From contig CBFGKC010000002.1 of the NCBI GenBank assembly GCA_965649265.1, positions 107,100-171,099 on the forward strand: a DNA stretch of 64,000 bases. The letters are read 5' to 3'. Positions 26,948 to 35,569 of this stretch are shown in pieces. The stretch is from a candidate division WOR-3 bacterium. GTDB lineage: Bacteria; Hydrothermota; Tepidihabitantia; B3-TA06. Under the pieces are notes generated by a model. The model did no database searches, was not told the DNA's origin, and worked only from the letters and a program-made list of their open reading frames with translations. The stretch's first letter is position 1. Each line of letters opens with the position of its first letter. The translations under genes and the position numbers were made by a program.

Positions 26948-29554
26948 CTAATTCGTTACGATGACCTTCGCTTTGAAACTCTCACTGCCGGATACAACGT
27001 TCACGAAGTATACGCCTGCGGCAAGACCGCGCGGTATCGACGGCAGCTCATTTGCTCCCTGAGCAAAGCTTTCGCGCAGAGCCATCACTCGCCTGCCGCC
27101 CGCGTCGTAGAGTGCAACCAAAACCTCGGCGTTTTGTGAAAGCGTAATGGTTCCGAGACTCAAGCCCCGGCGGCTAAATGAGGGAATGCTGACAAAACGA
27201 GCCGGCTCAGGACGTACCCGCTCGTCTATACCTACAAGGTCACTCTCAAGCGAGAAAAACCCGTCGAAGCCGTTACCGATGTAAATATACTCTCCTACAG
27301 CAACCCCTTCGGTGGAACCGTACTTTATGGGTTTAAACTGCCCCAGCAACTCTGCGGATGAAGAGCCGGTGATTTTGTATATAAAAAGTCCGTCCTGCTT
27401 GGCGGCAACATAAATTCTGTCGGACGCGACCTTCAAATCGACGACGCTGCCGGGAGTGATAACCTGGGAATTGCCCGATGACATATCTATCAACTCAAAC
27501 CCCTTGGAGCCCTCGGCGACAACGAGCGTGGAGTTTATTTTTGACAAAACGCCGGCAGAACCCTTCGTGGCTATGCTTTTTTCATACTGAGGCGAACCGG
27601 GCGATGAAAGGTTGTAAACCCGAATCCCTTTGGTTCCGGCGGAAACGTAAAGCTCGTCGCCGATTACGTTGAGGGCAACAACGGTGCTTTCGGGCAGGCT
27701 GATCTCCTCAAGGAGCTGGTTATTGTCCCTGCGCATCGCCCTGAGAGGCATACCGGTATTACCGAGATACAGATAACCGGAATAGGCGGCAATAGCCTTG
27801 TACTGCGATGCCAGCTTAACCGTCGCCTTCAGGAGCGGCTCGCAAGGATTCGATATGTCGTAGAAAGAGAGAGAATCCTTCCCCAGGAGGTAAAGCGAGT
27901 TGCCGTCAACCGCAATGCTTTCAACCGTGTGTGGCAAAAGTGCGGCACGGGGGAAGAGATAATCGTCGTGCAGTTCAATTACCCGGACGCCCTTGGAACC
28001 CTGGACCACGTAAGCCGCATTGTCCCGGACAAAGGTACGACCCATCGGGAACCCCTGCGCAATAACATGGCCCTTCGGCGTAAAGTGAGCGACCTGGGGA
28101 AATTCGTACGGCCCCAGTTTGCCAGGCGTGGCATCGGCTGCAACAAGCGTGCCGTTTGAATAGGCTTCAATATTAAGACGTTTACCCGTGAACTCCTGGG
28201 TCATATCCAAAAGAAAATACTTTTGTCCGCCTTTAACCGTTCCGAGGGCTACCCATGGTTTCTTCCCGTTCAATTCGCTCGACCAGATTTTAACTTCCGA
28301 GACGTTTCCGGCCTCCTGCCAGACTAACGGGTATTTCATCGGACTGAAGTAAAGATTGGTCGTGTTGAAACTTTCAAGACGCAAATTGTAATCTACCTTG
28401 CCGCCCGGGATAAGAGGATATACGTTGGAATAAGAACCCGAAGTCTGGTAGACCCAGCTGTGTTCCGCCTTGTCCCATGTGTTGTGAATGACAACAAAGG
28501 AGTCGTTGGATTCCGTGATATCGTAGCCCACCGCGCAAATCGAGTGGTATATTCTTTCTCCCTGGTACAAATAACTTCCAACTGACCAGTGAACGGGCCG
28601 TCCGGCGTCTATTTCCTGTATTACCGCGGCGTAATTGCCCGAATTGTCACTGGAAATGGTCGAACCCAAAAAGGAATACCCGTGCAGGCTGTTTGTCACG
28701 TAAAGGTTGCCCGGTGTTATGCTGAACGTGCCTGTTCCACCCTCTATCATCGAATCGGTGTGCATTCCGTCGGCAAGCTCCCTGTGAGCGTTGGTGAGAT
28801 CGATGTCGGTCTCTTTCTCGACATTGTCCCAGCGGTCGAAATAGTAATCTACAAGGAGAGGATAACCCCTGCGGTCCCAGTAGTCCAGTATCATGGAGGA
28901 AGCCGTGGGTGAACACCCGTAACTCCACAACGCGTAAGGGACATCGCTAATCTTGTTGGATTTCGAGGCTAGAAAGAAACCGCCCCCAGAGACGCCCTGC
29001 CATGCGTGATTGGCCGATGATGATTCAAGGCAGGCTTCTGCGAAACCAGGGCTCGTGAGCGTGGAAAGATCATACTCCACGAGTTCACGCGAATGAAGGA
29101 ACTTTTTGCCCACGCTGGTCGTAACCTCGAACCACTCGTCAAGCGGTGCAAGGTATACGTAACCCGTTATCCGCGGCGCAAGACCCGGCCAGAGTTCAAG
29201 GGCCTTCTTCTCTGCCCTTGAGCGATTCGCTATCCAGGCCGGAAGAGCGTTGGATATCTCTACGACCGGGTTTTGCGTGTATCTTGCGGCGGTGATCACC
29301 GTTGCATAGCGATCCACGCCCCATGTTGAGTCGCTGGAATCGTAGTCTCTTGAAGGATCAAGCGAGACATCCCCTAGCTTGTAGACGTAAGCTCTCGCGT
29401 TTGGGATACCATCCCGATCGGAAAATGATTCTTCATTCGAAAATTCCGCGTCCTGATAGCGGTATAAAACGACCTCATCGGCAAGTGATCTGGTCACCGA
29501 TGGCTCCACGAAACCGGACGCGCTAATGACAAGAACTGCAAAAGCTATCAACAT
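26948..29554 (-). CDS. Secreted papain-like (C39/C10-like) cysteine peptidase with LVIVD-type propeller and T9SS-type C-terminal domain
   Basis: YGCSPTA, EIDAGRPV, HSICAVGY and HNTW; YVSAGTKGIRVYNLS repeats; C-terminus LYDAGGR..GVYFV. Confidence 0.8.
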   Translation of the reverse strand: MLIAFAVLVISASGFVEPSVTRSLADEVVLYRYQDAEFSNEESFSDRDGIPNARAYVYKLGDVSLDPSRDYDSSDSTWGVDRYATVITAARYTQNPVVEISNALPAWIANRSRAEKKALELWPGLAPRITGYVYLAPLDEWFEVTTSVGKKFLHSRELVEYDLSTLTSPGFAEACLESSSANHAWQGVSGGGFFLASKSNKISDVPYALWSYGCSPTASSMILDYWDRRGYPLLVDYYFDRWDNVEKETDIDLTNAHRELADGMHTDSMIEGGTGTFSITPGNLYVTNSLHGYSFLGSTISSDNSGNYAAVIQEIDAGRPVHWSVGSYLYQGERIYHSICAVGYDITESNDSFVVIHNTWDKAEHSWVYQTSGSYSNVYPLIPGGKVDYNLRLESFNTTNLYFSPMKYPLVWQEAGNVSEVKIWSSELNGKKPWVALGTVKGGQKYFLLDMTQEFTGKRLNIEAYSNGTLVAADATPGKLGPYEFPQVAHFTPKGHVIAQGFPMGRTFVRDNAAYVVQGSKGVRVIELHDDYLFPRAALLPHTVESIAVDGNSLYLLGKDSLSFYDISNPCEPLLKATVKLASQYKAIAAYSGYLYLGNTGMPLRAMRRDNNQLLEEISLPESTVVALNVIGDELYVSAGTKGIRVYNLSSPGSPQYEKSIATKGSAGVLSKINSTLVVAEGSKGFELIDMSSGNSQVITPGSVVDLKVASDRIYVAAKQDGLFIYKITGSSSAELLGQFKPIKYGSTEGVAVGEYIYIGNGFDGFFSLESDLVGIDERVRPEPARFVSIPSFSRRGLSLGTITLSQNAEVLVALYDAGGRRVMALRESFAQGANELPSIPRGLAAGVYFVNVVSGSESFKAKVIVTN

Positions 29555-29780
29555 TCCTCCTTGAAATGGAGTGTTAATTTTACCAATCAGTATAGCTTAA
29601 GAAGCCGCCGTGTCAACTTCCAGTAGTTGTCACCACGTATATCTACTCCAAAAAGAGTCATATATTAAGGACCGGGCGACTAAAGGAAAGGTGCCCTCAC
29701 CGAAATACTTGGAAAGTCTTCCCGTTTGGCTATTTACTAACCGAACCTTGACGAACCACTTTTTGTTCCTATAGTAAATT

Positions 29781-29868
29781 GCAACCAAAATTTTCGCCTT
29801 TGTGCGAAGCTTTATTCATACCTCCCTCCTTTTTAATAAGGAAGGCCGCCTTGCGAGGCGGCCTTTTA
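29781..29868 (+). ncRNA. Candidate sRNA with an anti-Shine-Dalgarno tract
   Basis: Promoter TTGACG-16-TATAGT (29748-29775), 5' hairpin TTCGC..GCGAA, CATACCTCCCTCCTTTTT, terminator AAGGCCGCC-ttgcga-GGCGGCCTTTT. Confidence 0.5.
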
Positions 29869-29894
29869 ATTTCAAAGGGACTGGTTGGGAACGT

Positions 29895-30518
29895 TCAGCC
29901 TTCGAACAAACCCTTCACGTCCGGATTCACACGCTCCTGGGCGGTGGCTTCGAACGATTCGCGGGGCTTGAACCCGAACATGGGCGCAAACATGGACGCG
30001 GGAAAAACGGCTATCGCCGTGTTATAATCCTTTACGCTCTTGTTGTACTCCATGCGCGCGTAATTGATGCGGTTCTCGGTGCCCTCGAGCTGCGCCTGCA
30101 GCTGAAGGAAGTTCTCGTTGGACTTGAGTTCCGGGTAAGCCTCGACGACCGCCATGAGCCGTGAGAGCGCCTGGTTAAGATCGCCGTTGGCTCTTGAAAC
30201 CTCTTCGACACCGCGTGCGTTGTCAAGACCTGCGCGGGCGCGGGTGACGTCGGTAAGCACGGTTTGCTCCTGCTTGGCGTAGGCCTTGACTGTAGCAACG
30301 AGATTGGGAATAAGATCGCTTCGGCGAGTCAGCTGCGTCTCGATGTTGGCCCACTTCTCGTCTGCATCCTTGCTGAGCCGAACCATCTTGTTGTAAGAAC
30401 TGCAAAGGCCGCCTCCCAGAAAGATGACCAGGAGTACGACTACTATTCCAATTATCCAGCCGGCGCGGCTTTTTCTCACCGGTGCGCCCTGGATTTCGGG
30501 ATTGACTGGTGCGTTCAT
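29895..30518 (-). CDS. lemA: LemA family protein
   Basis: SYN, RRSDLIPNLV, EAYPELKSNENF, LEGTENRI and AVFP. Confidence 0.95.
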   Translation of the reverse strand: MNAPVNPEIQGAPVRKSRAGWIIGIVVVLLVIFLGGGLCSSYNKMVRLSKDADEKWANIETQLTRRSDLIPNLVATVKAYAKQEQTVLTDVTRARAGLDNARGVEEVSRANGDLNQALSRLMAVVEAYPELKSNENFLQLQAQLEGTENRINYARMEYNKSVKDYNTAIAVFPASMFAPMFGFKPRESFEATAQERVNPDVKGLFEG

Positions 30519-30676
30519 TTATTTCTCCTTCAGGTTAATTTGTTCTATTATACTCAACTTCAGTCCGAAACCATACACCGTCCATCCCTCTTCGACGATT
30601 TAAAATATAGATGTCTTTTCCTGAATCTCAGTTTCCATGACAGTTGACTCAGACGGCTTCATAAACCAGACAAAAG

Positions 30677-31474
30677 CTACCATTTGCCTCCCCCTCCACC
30701 TCCGGAAAAACTGCCGCCGCCGAACCCTCCTCCCCCTCCGCTGCTGTGGGAACTCGACGACCACGAGGACGACGAACTCGAACTCGATGAGCTTGATGAC
30801 GACCAGTAGCTCGAGCTTGAGGAGCCGGATGACGAACCCTTGGGTTTAGAGAAGATTATAAAGACGATGATAAGAACCCAGAAGCCGACGAAGATAATCC
30901 AGAAGAGGTTCTTCTCGAACCAGCCCTCGTTCTGGCGGATGTGCGGCGCTCCCTTTGTCGCCGAGAGCTTGACGTCGAATTCTTTTTGTATTGATACGGC
31001 GTATGCCTGAAGCGCCTTGTAGATGCCGTCGCCGTAGCGCTCGTTCTTGAAGTTGGGAACGAGAACTTGCCGGTATATCTTGTCGATCTGGGCATCCGGA
31101 AGGTAACCTTCCATGCCGGATCCGGTGGCCGTAAAGACCTCGCGGTCACCGATCGCCACGACCATGAGGAGCCCGTTGTCCTCCGACGCCTGACCCACAC
31201 CCCAGCGGTTGCCGACCTCGGTCGCGTACATGGAGACAGGTTGACCGCCCGTCGAATTGATGACGAGCACGGCCATCTGAGCCGTGGTCTTTTGTTCGAC
31301 CTCCAGACACAAGGAGTTGATGCGCTCGATATCGGAGGAGGAGAGCGTACCTGTCTCGTCCACAATAAAGACTCCCGGACTCGGCTTGGCCGGATAGTCA
31401 GTTGCCGACGCAGTGACCGGGGCAAGCAAAAGGAATGTAACCGACAAGACCCACCTGAGATTTGATATCCTCAT
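30677..31474 (-). CDS. TPM-domain membrane protein (YgcG-like) with Ser/Gly-rich tail
   Basis: WGVGQASEDNGLLMVVA, TGSGMEG, one TM, GGGSFSGGGGGGKW. Confidence 0.9.
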   Translation of the reverse strand: MRISNLRWVLSVTFLLLAPVTASATDYPAKPSPGVFIVDETGTLSSSDIERINSLCLEVEQKTTAQMAVLVINSTGGQPVSMYATEVGNRWGVGQASEDNGLLMVVAIGDREVFTATGSGMEGYLPDAQIDKIYRQVLVPNFKNERYGDGIYKALQAYAVSIQKEFDVKLSATKGAPHIRQNEGWFEKNLFWIIFVGFWVLIIVFIIFSKPKGSSSGSSSSSYWSSSSSSSSSSSSSWSSSSHSSGGGGGFGGGSFSGGGGGGKW

Positions 31475-31589
31475 TTAAACCTCTCTGATTTCAATTGATA
31501 CTCATTGTAACTTATCTCCATTCGAAATGGACTGGACAAGCCTAAACGTCCTTCATTCGAATCTTTTGAGCAGCACCAGCACACAATCA

Positions 31590-32411
31590 CTACCAACCTC
31601 CGCCTCCTCCTCCCCCGGAGAAACCACCGCCGCCGAACGAACCGCCCGAGAAGCCCCCTCCACCTGAGGAGGAACTTGACGAACCGAAAGTGGTCCAGAA
31701 CCACCCTTTTGCCCCTCTCTTCTTGCCGCGTCTGGCTATGATGCTCATAACGTTCAAACCGATGAAGAGGGCGACGAATATCCAGGCCCATAACGGAATC
31801 TCCGCCCATATGCCCTTGCGGACAAGGGGTGCACCGCGAGTGCTTTCGAGCCTGGTGGAGTAGTACTTGCCTATTTCTTTAGCATATGCCTGAAGAGCCT
31901 TGTAGATTCCCTCTCCGTATTCGGTCTTTCTGAAGTAAGGGACCAGCACCTGGCGGTATATCTGGTTGACGACCGCATCCGGTATTATGCCCTCCATTCC
32001 CGAACCAGTCGCCGTGAAAACCTGCCTGTCGTCTATGGCCACGACCATGAGGAGCCCGTTGTCCTCGGACGCCTGACCCACTCCCCAGCGGTTGCCGAGT
32101 TCTGTTGCATAAAGGGATGTCTCGACGCCCTCGGTAGTGGAGGTGACCAGCACCGCCATCTCCGCGCCGGTCTTCTCTTCGACTTCGGTACACAGGGAGT
32201 TGACGCGTTCAATATCGGACGTGGAGAGAACGCCTGCATCGTCGCGAACGTATTCGCCGGGAGGCGGGGCCGAAGGGTAGTCGACCGCACCAAGAACAAC
32301 AGGAATGGTGAAGTAAAGGAGAGGGATTAAACCCCGGATCGCACTTAACCCTCTGATCGCAAGGACGCTAGATTGGTTACGCGGTGGGAGGGCGGCAACA
32401 GCGGCGCTCAT
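31590..32411 (-). CDS. TPM-domain membrane protein, paralogue (start uncertain)
   Basis: Same TPM motifs, TM and Gly-rich tail ending in W. Confidence 0.88.
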   Translation of the reverse strand: MSAAVAALPPRNQSSVLAIRGLSAIRGLIPLLYFTIPVVLGAVDYPSAPPPGEYVRDDAGVLSTSDIERVNSLCTEVEEKTGAEMAVLVTSTTEGVETSLYATELGNRWGVGQASEDNGLLMVVAIDDRQVFTATGSGMEGIIPDAVVNQIYRQVLVPYFRKTEYGEGIYKALQAYAKEIGKYYSTRLESTRGAPLVRKGIWAEIPLWAWIFVALFIGLNVMSIIARRGKKRGAKGWFWTTFGSSSSSSGGGGFSGGSFGGGGFSGGGGGGGW

Positions 32412-32420
32412 CTATTCCAA

Positions 32421-33083
32421 TCAGTCATCCCAGCGGTTGCGGTGATGATGGTGGTGTTGGTGATCGTGATCCCACAAATCGTTCCACCACATGAAGAAGG
32501 AAAAAAGGCAGGCAGCCTGCATGCATGCTGTGCAGGCCGCGTCATCACCTTCCGATATCTCCTGGCCTTCGATGTTCTTGTCCACACTTTCGTTCTCGAC
32601 TTCAACCGTGGATTTGCCCTCTATTTCTTGCGCGTAGACCCGCAGACCCCACATGATTCCGCGGCCATACTTTTCTTCCCTGAAATTCGGAAGAAGTATA
32701 TCGCGTCTCACCCGGTCTATGGTAGATTCTTTGAGGATTGCTTTAACCTCGCTGCCGGATGACGTAGCAATCTTGTGATCCTGCTTCGCGACGACGAGCA
32801 ATAGATTCTTCGAACCGGCCGAGTCAACTGACCAGGACTGCCTGACCTGTTCTGCATATTCGTCGATATTATCGTCTCCTGTTGATTCCAGGGTAAGCAC
32901 CTGCATTCTTACGGCCTTGGATTGTTCGAGTTCCGAGCAGATTGACGCTATCTCCTGCTGGTAGGCCGGGCTTATTATGCCGGCCTGATCGACGATATAT
33001 CCACCGGAAGACGGAGCCCCGGGATAGTCCGCCGCCATAAGCGCCAACGGGACGAAAATGGAAAGTAAAAACATTCTTTTCAT
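32421..33083 (-). CDS. Divergent TPM-domain protein with Cys/His-rich tail
   Basis: DYP..IVDQAGII TPM start; tail ACTACMQAACL..HDHQHHHHHR. Confidence 0.82.
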   Translation of the reverse strand: MKRMFLLSIFVPLALMAADYPGAPSSGGYIVDQAGIISPAYQQEIASICSELEQSKAVRMQVLTLESTGDDNIDEYAEQVRQSWSVDSAGSKNLLLVVAKQDHKIATSSGSEVKAILKESTIDRVRRDILLPNFREEKYGRGIMWGLRVYAQEIEGKSTVEVENESVDKNIEGQEISEGDDAACTACMQAACLFSFFMWWNDLWDHDHQHHHHHRNRWDD

Positions 33084-33235
33084 AAATATCCTCCTTACAT
33101 CAAGGAAGACGAAAACTCAAACACGTTTGTTACCATAACCTTTAAGCTTCTACCCCGGTCTCATCATCACCAATCGACTTCATCCAATCACAGGCTTTGG
33201 TCCAAGGCATCCGGCACTCACAAAAAAGCGCACGG

Positions 33236-34003
33236 CTACCAGCCGCCGCCACCACCGCCGCCGGAAAATCCGCCGCCGCCGAATCCACCACCCGAGAAGC
33301 CGCCGCCGCCGGACGAGAACCCGCCGCCTGAAGAGCCGCCCGAGGTCCAGAAACCGCCACCTCTTCCACCCTTCATGATGGACCGCAGGATGCCGAAGAG
33401 GAAAAACAGCCCCGGGAAGAGGATGAAGAGGCAGATGGGAAAACATCCCAGGCCGCCGCCCTTTGAACTCGAGGTGTTCTCGCTGATCTGCGGCGCGTCC
33501 TTTGCGCCCTCGAGCGTTACCCCGTACTCTTTCTCGATATCTTTCGAGTAGAGCTGCAGCGCTTCGTATATGCCCTTGCCGTAATCGGAGTTGCGGAAGT
33601 TGGGAACTATTACTCCCCTGTACACCTGATTGATGCGGGCGTCGGTGAGGTAGCCTTCCATGCCCGAACCTGTGGCCGTGAACACCTTGCGGTCGTCTAT
33701 CGCCACGACCATCACGAGACCGTTGTCCTTGGATTTCTGACCCACTCCCCAGCGGTTGCCGACATTGGTCGCGTACATGGAGATATCCTCGTCGTCTGTA
33801 GTGCGGATGACGAGCACGGCCATCTCCGCCGTGGTCACTCGCTCGACTTCGCGGCAGAGCGCGTTGATGCGGTCGATGTCCGATGAGGAAAGAACACCGG
33901 CCTGATCGACGATGTAGTTGTCAGGGGGAGGGGGGGCGGGGTAATCGGCCGCGGTAAGCGGCAAAACGAGCGCAAGTATCAACAAACAGCAAAACTTCTT
34001 CAT
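33236..34003 (-). CDS. TPM-domain membrane protein, paralogue
   Basis: WGVGQKSKDNGLVMVVA, TM and Gly-rich tail ending in W. Confidence 0.9.
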   Translation of the reverse strand: MKKFCCLLILALVLPLTAADYPAPPPPDNYIVDQAGVLSSSDIDRINALCREVERVTTAEMAVLVIRTTDDEDISMYATNVGNRWGVGQKSKDNGLVMVVAIDDRKVFTATGSGMEGYLTDARINQVYRGVIVPNFRNSDYGKGIYEALQLYSKDIEKEYGVTLEGAKDAPQISENTSSSKGGGLGCFPICLFILFPGLFFLFGILRSIMKGGRGGGFWTSGGSSGGGFSSGGGGFSGGGFGGGGFSGGGGGGGW

Positions 34004-34024
34004 GATAGCTCGAACCCGGCTCTC

Positions 34025-34882
34025 TTATCTGGCTTTCTTGCCTGAAGTCTTGGCTTTCTTGACCTTGATGACGGGGCGAACCGTTTTCTTTTTTGGTTGA
34101 GTCTTCGGAGTCGCCGCCGGTTTCTTCGAGGAACCCTTCGCCATCCCGTCAACATGGATTGCGAGCTTTTCTATCTCGGCAAGGTAGGAAAAGAAAAAGG
34201 CATCCATTTCATTACGAGTCATCCTCGGCGCAAGATGCTTTATCTCAAGCGCCTTGTGAAACGGAGCCTTGTTGAACCCGTAAACATCCGACGCCTGGTC
34301 AATGACTTCCGCCTTCAGGGCAGCCGCCTTTGAACCGGAGAGCCGGACGAGACCGCGCAGGACGGAAACGAGTCCGGTGATGGAGGAGGCGATTAGATTC
34401 ATCATGGGCACCCTGCGGTCAGCAATCTCGAGGTATGACTGGCGCAGATTGATGAGGGAGCCCTTGAGCTTCTCTTCGCATTCGAGCCGCAGGTTCTCGC
34501 GGCTTATATCGAGTCTCACGAACGGGTCTTCACCTATCACGACCTTGTGAAAATCGCTCATGTCGAGAAACTCCAGAGGGAACACATCGGACGATGTATG
34601 CATGTGCTCGTGCGTCAGGAATAAAGGCGCCACGATGCCCTTGCGGGTCCAGCGGCTTACGTAATGCTGGACGTTCTGCAGTACGTTGAAATCGAGCTTC
34701 TCGACGACGACGAGAAGATTCACGTTGGAGCGCTTGGGATTGTAATCCCGGACAACGGCGGAGCCGTAGATGACTATCGAATTGAGATTCGAACCTAAAA
34801 GTGTGCGCAGACCTTCGAGATACGGAAATATCTTCTTGACGAGGGTTTCAGGAAGCCCGGTCAAATCAATATTATTAGTCAC
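34025..34882 (-). CDS. Pol-beta-fold nucleotidyltransferase-like protein (degenerate active site) with Lys-rich tail
   Basis: IVIYGSAV.RDY..KRSNVNLLVV, SSDVFPLEF and LRLECE; AGGAGG plus GTG 34882; promoter TTGACA-16-TATCTT. Confidence 0.8.
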   Translation of the reverse strand: MTNNIDLTGLPETLVKKIFPYLEGLRTLLGSNLNSIVIYGSAVVRDYNPKRSNVNLLVVVEKLDFNVLQNVQHYVSRWTRKGIVAPLFLTHEHMHTSSDVFPLEFLDMSDFHKVVIGEDPFVRLDISRENLRLECEEKLKGSLINLRQSYLEIADRRVPMMNLIASSITGLVSVLRGLVRLSGSKAAALKAEVIDQASDVYGFNKAPFHKALEIKHLAPRMTRNEMDAFFFSYLAEIEKLAIHVDGMAKGSSKKPAATPKTQPKKKTVRPVIKVKKAKTSGKKAR

Positions 34883-34982
34883 GTAATTCCTCCTGAGTTT
34901 TATTCTGAAGATACCAAGGATTTTGCGTTTGTCAACATCCAATGCACAAGGGAAAGCTGCCGGCAGATACGGTCGGATTCTC

Positions 34983-35026
34983 TAGGAGGGCCTGAGGAGG
35001 GCCTGAGGAGGGCTTGAGGAGGGCTT
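34983..35026. repeat. (TGAGGAGGGCY)4 tandem repeat abutting a stop codon
   Basis: Four 11-bp units; variant of the 231/17629 family. Confidence 0.85.
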
Positions 35027-35401
35027 TTAAGGCGAAGTGCTCTTCGGCGCACCGCCGAGGGAGAGCATGACTATGCCGAGGACCACCACCGCCCCGCCTA
35101 TCCACTGCAGGGGGGTGACGGGCTCCTTGAATATGAACTTCGAGATCACGAGCTGCACCAACACGAGGCCGAGGCCGTAGTTTATGGCATAGGCGACGTA
35201 AACGGGCACGAAGCGCAGGAGAATGACGTAGAGTATCATGGCCACGGTGCCGACCGCTCCTCCGCCGAGGAACCAGATAACTGCCCATTTGAGGTTCTGG
35301 GCGTTGGAGGCCTGTTTAAAGCCTATCTGACCGGCGGCGTGTATGACGACGACTAGCGCGGCAAGTATCACCGTCCATATAATTTTCCCTGTATGAACCA
35401 T
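35027..35401 (-). CDS. SMR/EamA-type 4-TM small transporter
   Basis: PVYVAYAI and FKEPVT..QWIG; leaderless promoter at 35409-35436. Confidence 0.8.
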   Translation of the reverse strand: MVHTGKIIWTVILAALVVVIHAAGQIGFKQASNAQNLKWAVIWFLGGGAVGTVAMILYVILLRFVPVYVAYAINYGLGLVLVQLVISKFIFKEPVTPLQWIGGAVVVLGIVMLSLGGAPKSTSP

Positions 35402-35569
35402 CGCTTGGAGTTTACCCAGCGAAATTGAGTTGTCAACTTTCCGCCGGTAGTACTTGAAGAGTAAAACCTCTAAGAAAATCCTGGTTTTGGTGAATCGTTT
35501 GCGACACTTGACAAGCCGACTCTCACGGCTAAACTGTAGCGAGAGAAGGATTAAGAAAGGAGGTATATC

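Noticed and set aside
29779-30027. 82-aa ORF behind the 29748 promoter
   Set aside because: The TTG is only 3 nt from the -10 box, and the frame runs through a terminator into antisense lemA.
30690-30840. Ser/Gly low-complexity tracts as DNA repeats or DGR-like variable regions
   Set aside because: The codons are mixed, consistent with protein-level low complexity typical of TPM tails; there is no reverse transcriptase or adenine-specific TR/VR pair.
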